From positions 1 through 15,203 of the forward strand of contig JAHQWH010000216.1 in the NCBI GenBank assembly GCA_029856105.1: a DNA stretch of 15,203 nucleotides, given 5' to 3'. This DNA is from Promethearchaeia archaeon. Its GTDB lineage: Archaea > Asgardarchaeota > Lokiarchaeia > Sigyniarchaeales > SOKP01. This document shows, in pieces, positions 8,346 through 15,203 of this stretch. Position numbers and translations under genes: made by a program. Numbering within the stretch: position 1 is the first letter of the stretch; every line of letters starts with the position of its first letter. Under the pieces are notes generated by a model that searched no databases, was not told the DNA's origin, and worked only from the letters and a program-made list of their open reading frames with translations.

Positions 8346-8885
8346 ATGAAAAAAGTGTCAAAACAAACATTAAGAAAATCTATGGATTATATAAAAAAGG
8401 ATTATATAAAAACTAGAAGAATGCCAGGCAATTGGTATTTGGCGAGTTATACGTTTAAATTTAATATTACTCACATGACTCCCTTTTTAGAGAAATTGAA
8501 ACAGAAGAAATTAGTAGGAAACGAATGTCGGAGTTGCAATAGAGTATTTTTCCCCCCCAGATTAGTATGTGGAAAGTGTATGGTTAAACCTGATAAATGG
8601 ATAGATTTACGCGATACTGCTCGAGTGGCTACCTATACAATTGTATATATCAAAGATCCTGAAACGGGGGAAGTGTTAGAAAAACCAGTAGTTTTAGTTC
8701 GCCAAGACGGTTCTGACACTACTCATATTTCTCAATTAGCACCCAATATAGACTTTAAAGATGCATATATCGGCATGCCACTAAAAGTGCATTGGAAAGA
8801 TGTTACAACTGGTGGATTAAGTGATATTGAATATTACGATGTTTTAGAAGACGATTCAAAGGATATTGAAATAAAAAAAGAATAA
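8346..8885 (+). CDS. Second DUF35 family Zn-ribbon + OB-fold protein
   Basis: GNECRSCNRVFFPPRLVCGKC, VATYTIVY, VLVRQDG and IGMPLKVHW. Starts 9 nt after the Ltp3-like stop. The true start may be a later Met. Confidence 0.9.
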   Translation: MKKVSKQTLRKSMDYIKKDYIKTRRMPGNWYLASYTFKFNITHMTPFLEKLKQKKLVGNECRSCNRVFFPPRLVCGKCMVKPDKWIDLRDTARVATYTIVYIKDPETGEVLEKPVVLVRQDGSDTTHISQLAPNIDFKDAYIGMPLKVHWKDVTTGGLSDIEYYDVLEDDSKDIEIKKE

Positions 8886-8904
8886 TTTAAATTCTTAATC
8901 AATT

Positions 8905-10584
8905 TTATTTTTTATTTTTTTTAAAGATTATACCTTCTAAAGGAGTTAATTTAATATTTCCACAATACGCTTCAGTATCTAAAGCTTTTCTATTCGATAG
9001 TGTTGAGAATAAAAGTTCTGGTTTTTCTATAGGAGTTTTTATTAATAATTCTTTCTTTGTAAAATTTAAATATATAAAGATTTTTTGAGCCTTATGGCTT
9101 CTAGTATAAGAAATAAAATTCCTCTCCAATTTCTCATGTTCAATAAGCTGCAATTCACCTTCTTGTAATGCTATATTTTCTTTTCTAACTCTTAATAGTT
9201 TTTTATAGCAATTTAACAACGAGTCAGGATTTTTTTGTTCTTTTTCAACATTAATTTTCTCGAAAGTATCTGAAACTTTTAACCAAGGTTCGATTTCGAT
9301 ATTAGATGAGAATCCTGCATTTTTCTCGTTGTTCCACTGCATTGGAGTTCTACAACGATCTCGAGTTAAAGAAAAACCAATTAACCTACTTAATTGCGGC
9401 ATTGGAAACCATGACAATTTACGTCCGATTGGATCCTCACTAGTTTTTAGCTTAAACCTAACGTTGGGCATCCCAATCTCTTCCCCATAATAAATAAATG
9501 GAACGCCCCTTAAGGTTAATTGCATAGTTGCAAGAATTTTTGCTTTATGAAAATTGTTTCTTAAAAGAGATATGTAACGATCTCTATCATGGTTCCCATA
9601 AACAAAAGTAGGAGTAAATGGAAATGGCAACGCTTCTTCAATCCTTGAAATTAAGCTTATGTATTTTTTTGGGTCAAACGGTGTTGAAGCAAACTCGAAT
9701 AAAAAACACATGTGCAATCCATTGTCATTAGGTCCATAATACTTTTTAATCTCCTCAATGGAACCAAAAACCTCACCTACAAGAAATCTTTCAGGTTCAT
9801 ACTCGTCCATTACTTCTCTTAATTCCAGAGCAAAATCAAAGGTTTCAGGTAGGTTTAAATCGTATTTGTGCTTATGAAAAAGCGTATCCACTTTTTTGTC
9901 TAAAGGAATGATTGTCCAACTAAATTTATCATTTGTTAATTGTTCATCTTCATAAATAGCATGAAGAATGTCTAATCGAAATCCATCAACTCCTTTATCT
10001 AACCAAAAACGCATTGTATTAAACATTTCTTCCTTTACTTCAGGATTACGATAATTTAAATCAATCATGCTCGGCAAAAAGTGGAAATAAACCCATTGAT
10101 CAGTGTTTTCGTAATATAACCAAGCACAACCTCCAGTCAATGTGGTCCAATTGTTTGGTGGCTTCTTACCACCAGATTTTTTGCCATCGCGCCATATGTA
10201 CCAATTACGCTTTGGATTGGCCCTACTTGAAGCTGATTCAATGAACCATGGATGATCAATAGATGTATGATTAAGAACTAAATCCAAAACCATTTTCATG
10301 TTTTTATCGTGCATTTCCTTTAGGAGTTGATCAAAATCTTTTAAATTCCCATATTCCGGTGCGATACTGCGAAAATTTCTGATGTCATAACCGTGATCTT
10401 GTTGAGGGGAATCAAAAAAGGGGCTAAACCATATGGTTTCTACGCCTAACTCTTCTAAATAATCTAATTTTGAAATTATCCCCTGTAAATCTCCAATACC
10501 ATTACCAGTACTATCTTTAAAAGATCGAGGGTAGATTTGATATACTGTAGTTTTTTGCCACCATTTATACTTCCATTCAGACAT
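8905..10584 (-). CDS. GH13 alpha-glucosidase (oligo-1,6-glucosidase-like alpha-amylase family)
   Basis: WWQKTTVYQIYPRSFKDS.G.GIGDL, DLVLNHTS, and intact catalytic triad motifs GFRLD, LVGE and NHD, plus PFIYYGEEIGM and RDRCRTPMQW. Start placed at ATG 10584. Confidence 0.93.
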   Translation of the reverse strand: MSEWKYKWWQKTTVYQIYPRSFKDSTGNGIGDLQGIISKLDYLEELGVETIWFSPFFDSPQQDHGYDIRNFRSIAPEYGNLKDFDQLLKEMHDKNMKMVLDLVLNHTSIDHPWFIESASSRANPKRNWYIWRDGKKSGGKKPPNNWTTLTGGCAWLYYENTDQWVYFHFLPSMIDLNYRNPEVKEEMFNTMRFWLDKGVDGFRLDILHAIYEDEQLTNDKFSWTIIPLDKKVDTLFHKHKYDLNLPETFDFALELREVMDEYEPERFLVGEVFGSIEEIKKYYGPNDNGLHMCFLFEFASTPFDPKKYISLISRIEEALPFPFTPTFVYGNHDRDRYISLLRNNFHKAKILATMQLTLRGVPFIYYGEEIGMPNVRFKLKTSEDPIGRKLSWFPMPQLSRLIGFSLTRDRCRTPMQWNNEKNAGFSSNIEIEPWLKVSDTFEKINVEKEQKNPDSLLNCYKKLLRVRKENIALQEGELQLIEHEKLERNFISYTRSHKAQKIFIYLNFTKKELLIKTPIEKPELLFSTLSNRKALDTEAYCGNIKLTPLEGIIFKKNKK

Positions 10585-10657
10585 ATTAAAAATCAAATTG
10601 TAGAATCATTAATACTTATTTTAATTTGATTGTTTCATGTTTCATACAGCATTTATG

Positions 10658-10670
10658 CAAAAGTATAAAT
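10658..10670 (+). promoter_or_regulatory. Putative BRE + TATA for a leaderless nitroreductase transcript
   Basis: CAAAAG-TATAAAT ends 24 nt before ATG 10695 and there is no RBS, which fits archaeal leaderless spacing. Confidence 0.5.
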
Positions 10671-10694
10671 TTCTTTATTACGAATTCTTAAAAT

Positions 10695-11225
10695 ATGGAA
10701 TCAAAAACAAACAATTTGTTGGATCTGATTAAGTCGCGAAAGTCCGTCAGAAATTTTATTTATAAGAAAATTGATAACGACACGATAAGAGAGATATTAG
10801 ATTGCGGTCGATGGGCGCCTTCTGGCCAAAATAGCCAGCCTTGGAAAGTTTGTATTGTCTCACATCCCACTGTTAAGCGTATGATTTCAGAACAATCGAA
10901 GTATGGAGGAATCATTGAAAGCGCTTATCTTAATTTTGTTGTCTTCTTAGACTTAGAAAGAGGTTACGATCGGGTAAAGGATGTTTTAGCGATGGGAGCT
11001 TTTATTCAAAATATGCTTTTATGTATCCACGCTAAGGGATTAGGAGCGGTTTGGATCGGCGAAATCTTAAAAAATAAGGAAAAAATTAATGAAATTTTCA
11101 AACTATCGACTGAGAAATACGAATTAATGGGTGTAATTACTGCTGGAATAATTGACGATGCTTTAGAAAAAAGTAAAGATGGAAGGGAAAGAAGAGCGAT
11201 AGACGAATTTATAGATTGGTTTTAA
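10695..11225 (+). CDS. Nitroreductase family protein (single domain)
   Basis: IKSRKSVRNF, WAPSGQNSQPWK and IQNMLLCIHAKGLGAVWIG. Confidence 0.93.
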   Translation: MESKTNNLLDLIKSRKSVRNFIYKKIDNDTIREILDCGRWAPSGQNSQPWKVCIVSHPTVKRMISEQSKYGGIIESAYLNFVVFLDLERGYDRVKDVLAMGAFIQNMLLCIHAKGLGAVWIGEILKNKEKINEIFKLSTEKYELMGVITAGIIDDALEKSKDGRERRAIDEFIDWF

Positions 11226-11263
11226 TAAAATTTCGTTAAAAAATTAAAAATTGTTAGTATTCA

Positions 11264-11965
11264 TTATTCTTTCTTTTTTTTCATTTCTAAACGTCTTATA
11301 TTTTTAAGCTCTGAAGCAAAGAACTCTTTTCCGTAGTGGGAAAACAGAACTGCTGCTGGATTATGCGGGGAAGATCTATCCTTTGCGATTAAAGTCGTTA
11401 CCGGCGCTTCCGACAGTCGCGTAAATGTTATATCGTGTCCGACACATAGACCTACGAGAACGTTCATATCGGTGGAAGAATTATTTAATAGAAGTGCTTG
11501 AGCTACGGGATTACAAGTGATCCACCCGATCGTGTAACCTGTTTTAGAAATCATAGTATATTCTTCAGGTACGCCTACATCAACCTTTTTTACGGATCCA
11601 GTTTTACAACAAACAGATACAACTTCAAATCCATATTTTTCCAATATTTCTGCAATTCTTTTTGTTTCTTCAATCATTCCTACACAGAAAGCTAAACCTA
11701 ATTTAGTATATCCCATTCCTTTCGCATATTCTATGGTATCCTTTAAGCGAGGCCAGTGAATATACCCTTTTGCTTCAACAATAGACGCAACTCCCGTTGA
11801 TCTTTTAACAATCTCATCTTTTTTATAAAGTTCTTTTGCTGTTTTCTCAATATCGGGATGAACTTTCATGGGACAATTATCTAAAATCTTGCTAGCCCTT
11901 CCAACTGCACAGTAATTTATAGATGTGCATTTATGACAGGTAGGATCATTATCATTTTCGGTCAT
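11264..11965 (-). CDS. DUF1847 family Cys-rich putative metal-binding protein
   Basis: N-terminal CHKC...C...CP, then KLGLAFCVG, SVCCKTG, CNPVAQA, VGLCVGHD and APVTTLIAKDR...HNP. Start placed at ATG 11965. Confidence 0.88.
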   Translation of the reverse strand: MTENDNDPTCHKCTSINYCAVGRASKILDNCPMKVHPDIEKTAKELYKKDEIVKRSTGVASIVEAKGYIHWPRLKDTIEYAKGMGYTKLGLAFCVGMIEETKRIAEILEKYGFEVVSVCCKTGSVKKVDVGVPEEYTMISKTGYTIGWITCNPVAQALLLNNSSTDMNVLVGLCVGHDITFTRLSEAPVTTLIAKDRSSPHNPAAVLFSHYGKEFFASELKNIRRLEMKKKKE

Positions 11966-12113
11966 TTTCAATATCAATTTTAATTTTTAAATTAGACTAA
12001 TTTATAATTCGTTCTATTCATTAAAAAAATTAATTTCAATTATTTTTATATAATAAATTTTCATTAACAATTTTATCTAAAACAATCATTTCCTAAAGGT
12101 TTTTACTCAATAA

Positions 12114-12395
12114 AGCATTTTTTTCATTAAAGCAAATTTAATTTTCCAAAACCTTGTCAGTAGGATCACTACAAAACATCGAGGAAAAATATTTGGTTTC
12201 TTTCAATTCTTTGGCAATATTGGATCAGTAATCGGACCAATTTTAGGCGGGATAGTTCTAGATTCCCTTGGATTGAGAGCTCCGTTTTTAATATCAATTG
12301 TAGTCGAATTATGCTTGATACCCTTTTACATAATCCTCGTTCATATAATAAAACCTCATTTAAGAGAAAAATATGACGACAAAGTGAAAATTTAA
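12114..12395 (+). pseudogene. C-terminal remnant of an MFS transporter (last two to three TM helices), absent from the ORF track
   Basis: Stop-to-stop frame of 93 codons: SIFFIKANLIFQNLVSRITTKHRGKIFGFFQFFGNIGSVIGPILGGIVLDSLGLRAPFLISIVVELCLIPFYIILVHIIKPHLREKYDDKVKI*. RGK..G......IGSVIGPILGG is a typical MFS motif. No start codon in the 5' part and an in-frame TAA at 12111. Confidence 0.8.
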
Positions 12396-12502
12396 GTAAA
12401 AAAAATAAAATTGAGAATTTTAAAGGGTTTCTAAATTAATTAAAGTTTAAATCCAATAATGAAATATTCCAGAGACTATTGGACCTATATAGTACTTATA
12501 AT

Positions 12503-13156
12503 TTATATATATAACCAGAAAAGAAAAATTCGCGATACTATAGGCCCGAGAAAGTAATAAAGATCAACCCAAAAGTGGTATGTAAACCCAAGGTATAACA
12601 GTGCGTAAAGGGAAGCAAATACAAAACCAAAAATCACATCGCTTGGAAAATGGACTCCTAAAATCAGACGCGAAAATGCCATCACTACGTCTAATCCTAA
12701 AAATATCAAAAAAACGATCCAACTCTCAAAATAAAAAGCAAAAACAATTCCAAATAGAAGGAAGAACGTAACGTGACCGCTTGGAAAAGATTTTGCTTCT
12801 GATTCTGACATAAGGTATGGAATCCTAATAAAATCGTCGTGTTGCTCGACGCCTTCTGTCTTAAGCTTGATATAAGGTCTATTTCTTCTCACAATTCCAT
12901 AGCGAATAAGAACATGTATGATGACACCCTGATCAAACGCTCCTGTGAACAGTACTAAGAGATAATAATCTTTTGTGAAGAAACCATAGATGAACCATAT
13001 TAACCAGACCAGACCCCAAAAGTATAAGCTTCCAAAAAAGCTAAAAACATTAGCAAATTGTTTTGTTCGCCTAGAAAAATCACTCTTATATAAATTAAGG
13101 AAAGCTTGGCGATCCCATTTTTCAATTTTTTCTATATATTCCGAAAACGACGACAT
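12503..13156 (-). CDS. PAP2 superfamily membrane lipid (pyro)phosphatase
   Basis: C1-like RYGIVRRNRP, C2 SFPSGH and C3 SRLILGVHFPSDV, with several hydrophobic helices. Confidence 0.92.
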   Translation of the reverse strand: MSSFSEYIEKIEKWDRQAFLNLYKSDFSRRTKQFANVFSFFGSLYFWGLVWLIWFIYGFFTKDYYLLVLFTGAFDQGVIIHVLIRYGIVRRNRPYIKLKTEGVEQHDDFIRIPYLMSESEAKSFPSGHVTFFLLFGIVFAFYFESWIVFLIFLGLDVVMAFSRLILGVHFPSDVIFGFVFASLYALLYLGFTYHFWVDLYYFLGPIVSRIFLFWLYI

Positions 13157-13315
13157 AACCCTATTAAGATAGTGGATTGGGAATAATCGTAAATCTACAT
13201 ATTAAAACTTTTTCATACACCTAATAAGTTTGATACTTTTAATCATCTTGAATAATTTTTTTTATTCTACTAAGTTTTTTCAACAAACGATTATTGTTCT
13301 ATAACAAATAGTTAT

Positions 13316-13340
13316 TGTCAGGTCTACATAGATTTATAAA
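13316..13340 (+). promoter_or_regulatory. Operator-like motif (TGTCA-GGT-CTACA-TAGAT) abutting TATA box TTTATAAA upstream of the 2TM-padR pair
   Basis: Reverse complement ATCTATGTAG-ACC-TGACA matches the two copies at 14706 and 14726. TATA box at 13333-13340. Confidence 0.6.
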
Positions 13341-13426
13341 TGATTATTTCTTTATATTATTTAGAATTAAAAATTATTAATTTTAAATAGAATTAAACAA
13401 AATTTAAAGTGGAGTGAACAAAAAAT

Positions 13427-13942
13427 ATGAATGAACATAAATATAACGGGTTTTCAGAGGAACACCTTCGTCGTATAGCCCTCCGAAAAGTAAACTTTAA
13501 AATGTCAGTAAAAATACACATAAGCGTATACATTACAGTTTGTATTTTCCTTAGCGTTATAAACTTGTTTTTTACGCCAACGTATTGGTGGGTGTTATTT
13601 CCTATCTTTGGATGGCTTATTGGCGTTGCTGAGCACATCACATCTTATATAGTATATGCGAGAGGAGTGTATCCGTCGGCAAAGAGAGGCGTAATTTTTC
13701 ATTCTGTAGCATACATATTCGTTATGTTGTTTCAATTTGTAATTAATTACTTCAATACGCCTCTTTATTATTGGGCAATTTTTCCGGCATTTTTCTGGGG
13801 TACAGCATTAGCAATTCACATAGTTACATATTACATCTATCATCGTCCTTCGACTGATGAACAAGGTGTTTTGAAGTCAAGAAGGGAACGTGCCGTTGAA
13901 AAAGAAATGGAAAAAATGCAAACTCGATTTAAAAAAGAATAG
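13427..13942 (+). CDS. Membrane protein with two tandem 2TM-like domains
   Basis: Two internal repeats of H..(V/A)YI.V......IN...tP.Y.W..FP...W......H. Charged N- and C-terminal helices. RBS GGAGTGA at 13411. Confidence 0.8.
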   Translation: MNEHKYNGFSEEHLRRIALRKVNFKMSVKIHISVYITVCIFLSVINLFFTPTYWWVLFPIFGWLIGVAEHITSYIVYARGVYPSAKRGVIFHSVAYIFVMLFQFVINYFNTPLYYWAIFPAFFWGTALAIHIVTYYIYHRPSTDEQGVLKSRRERAVEKEMEKMQTRFKKE

Positions 13943-13960
13943 ATGAGGTGCTAAATTAAA

Positions 13961-14611
13961 ATGTGGCTGGGAAAATTCTTAGATTTTGAAGACGATATTG
14001 AAATGTTGAGATCCAAAATCAAAAAAGAAATTTTTAAAAAAATAAAAAAAAATAAGCTAACTCCTCTCGAATTCACTACAATCGAAGTAATTTTCAATAG
14101 TAGCGCCCTCTCAGGCTATGATATTATCCAAACATTAAATAAACACTTTGCTGGAACCTGGAAAGCTAGGTCTGGCACAGTTTACCCAATTTTGTCAAAG
14201 CTGGAACGAAATGGCTTCTTAAACTCTAAAGCGGTTAAAAGTCCAATTGGACCGATCCGAAAGGTGTATACATTAACTGACGCTGGCGAAGAGATTCTAA
14301 AAGTAAAGGTAAACAAGAATTTCTTTGACCAACTTAAGTTTTTGGAGAATTTTATCATAGAATTATCTTCCATATATGTGAAATCGTATCCCAAACAAGA
14401 AATGTCATCGGTCATCGAAGAAGTGTTAGCAACCTTAAACGAGTCTTTCGAAAGGATTAAAGGTAGTATTCCCTCAACTCTTAGGTTTAAGGCAAAATGT
14501 ACAAATTGCGGTATTGAAATCGGTAGGAAAGTGGCTTACTGCCCTTTTTGTGGAACTCAATTAGCTCCTGAGGAAGAAATTAAAGTAGAAAACTCAAAGG
14601 TACAAGAATAA
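13961..14611 (+). CDS. PadR family winged-helix regulator with a C-terminal zinc ribbon
   Basis: SGYDII...WKARSGTVYPILSKLERNGFL...RKVYTLTDAG PadR signature. C-terminal CTNCG...AYCPFCGTQL. RBS GAGGTG at 13945-13950. Confidence 0.92.
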   Translation: MWLGKFLDFEDDIEMLRSKIKKEIFKKIKKNKLTPLEFTTIEVIFNSSALSGYDIIQTLNKHFAGTWKARSGTVYPILSKLERNGFLNSKAVKSPIGPIRKVYTLTDAGEEILKVKVNKNFFDQLKFLENFIIELSSIYVKSYPKQEMSSVIEEVLATLNESFERIKGSIPSTLRFKAKCTNCGIEIGRKVAYCPFCGTQLAPEEEIKVENSKVQE

Positions 14612-14649
14612 AATCGCTTTTTATATCGTTTAAATTAACTTCAAAATTA

Positions 14650-14665
14650 TTTTTATTTTTTTTTT
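14650..14665 (+). terminator. Putative archaeal oligo-T terminator after padR
   Basis: TTTTTA followed by T10 (14656-14665), about 45 nt after the padR stop. Confidence 0.45.
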
Positions 14666-14705
14666 CAAGAAATTCTTTTAGTAGTCTAAACGAGATGTAT
14701 TTCCC

Positions 14706-14755
14706 ATCTATGTAGTTTCAACACAATCTATGTAGAATCAACAAACTTTTAAATA
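14706..14755 (+). promoter_or_regulatory. Tandem operator-like repeat ATCTATGTAG(TT/AA)TCAACA x2 followed by TATA box TTTAAATA
   Basis: Copies at 14706-14723 and 14726-14743 (16/18 identical, 20-bp period). TATA-like at 14748-14755. Confidence 0.7.
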
Positions 14756-14864
14756 ATTAAAGTTATTAAATAATCAGCAAATCATAAATTATTCATCACA
14801 ATATAAAAAAATAAAAATATTATATTTATAATAAATAAAATCAATATACTTGGGAAGAATAATC

Positions 14865-15203
14865 GTGAATGAGTTTAATGAAAATGCTTTTTCAGAAGAA
14901 AATTTACGCCGTATAGCCGCTTTAAAAATAAAATTTCGACTTTCAGTTAAAATTCATTTAATTGCTTATATATTAGGGATAGTATTATTTATTTCAATAA
15001 ATGCGCTATTTAGTCCACTTATCTTGTGGTTTATTTATCCGATTTTTGGTTGGTTGATAGGGTTGATGATGCATTTAACCGCATATATAGTTTATGCAAA
15101 AGGTATTTACCCCATTGCTAAACGAGCTGTAATTTTTAATACTATAGCTTATATCTTTGTAAACTTACTTTTATTTGTTATTAATGGCTATACTGATGCT
15201 TTA
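14865..15203 (+). CDS. Second tandem-2TM membrane protein, paralog of 13427..13942, 3'-truncated by the window edge (not in the ORF track)
   Basis: GTG start, MNEFNENAFSEENLRRIAALKIKFRLSVKIH...YPIFGWLIG...AYIFVNLLLFVINGYTDAL. By hand count 62 of 113 positions are identical, ungapped, to the first copy. Confidence 0.9.
   Translation, partial: MNEFNENAFSEENLRRIAALKIKFRLSVKIHLIAYILGIVLFISINALFSPLILWFIYPIFGWLIGLMMHLTAYIVYAKGIYPIAKRAVIFNTIAYIFVNLLLFVINGYTDAL

Noticed and set aside
5944-8885. Interpretation as the archaeal mevalonate thiolase/DUF35/HMG-CoA synthase complex
   Set aside because: No HMG-CoA synthase gene is adjacent, and both thiolase-fold proteins lack the catalytic Cys and His.
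10599-10608. TGTAGAATCA, identical to part of the putative PadR operator, in the GH13/nitroreductase intergenic region
   Set aside because: It lacks the ACA half-site and the ATCTA flank, and is plausible by chance in AT-rich DNA.
3186-14415. Shadow ORFs 3186..3428, 4298..4537, 4657..4839, 5398..5598, 6134..6319, 7016..7369, 11498..11695, 12990..13172, 13393..13641 and 14182..14415
   Set aside because: All are antisense to confident genes and have no family motifs.
14706-14743. This tandem repeat and the one at 5267-5314 considered as mini-CRISPR arrays
   Set aside because: Only two units each, too short, spacers of 2 and 16 nt, and no cas genes.

Overview
AT-rich (roughly 30% GC by eye), gene-dense archaeal chromosomal window. 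The Sm/Lsm-rpl37e pair, archaeal SepF, BRE/TATA promoters, GAGGTG/GGAGG ribosome-binding sites and gene content suggest an Asgard archaeon, probably Lokiarchaeia (inference). Left to right: a 5'-truncated metallophosphoesterase, rpl37e, an Sm-like protein with an acidic tail, a 2-hydroxyacyl-CoA dehydratase/benzoyl-CoA reductase subunit pair with no adjacent activator, a ferredoxin-nitroreductase fusion and sepF. Then comes a four-gene DUF35 / Ltp4-like / Ltp3-like / DUF35 operon, a GH13 alpha-glucosidase, a second nitroreductase, a DUF1847 protein, an unannotated MFS transporter remnant and a PAP2 phosphatase. The window ends with a 2TM membrane protein + PadR/Zn-ribbon pair and a second 2TM paralog running off the end. 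Best leads: (1) the catalytic-Cys-less thiolase-fold pair resembling the actinobacterial Ltp3/Ltp4 sterol side-chain aldolase, with its DUF35 partner as two separate genes; (2) a shared operator-like motif (ATCTATGTAG-N3-YRACA) sitting exactly 4 nt upstream of a TATA box at both 2TM paralogs, a candidate PadR regulon; (3) a perfect 16-bp direct repeat upstream of sepF; (4) an inverted-repeat-bounded structured intergenic element. No rRNA, tRNA, CRISPR array or transposase was seen. All family calls are from motif recognition by eye, not database searches.
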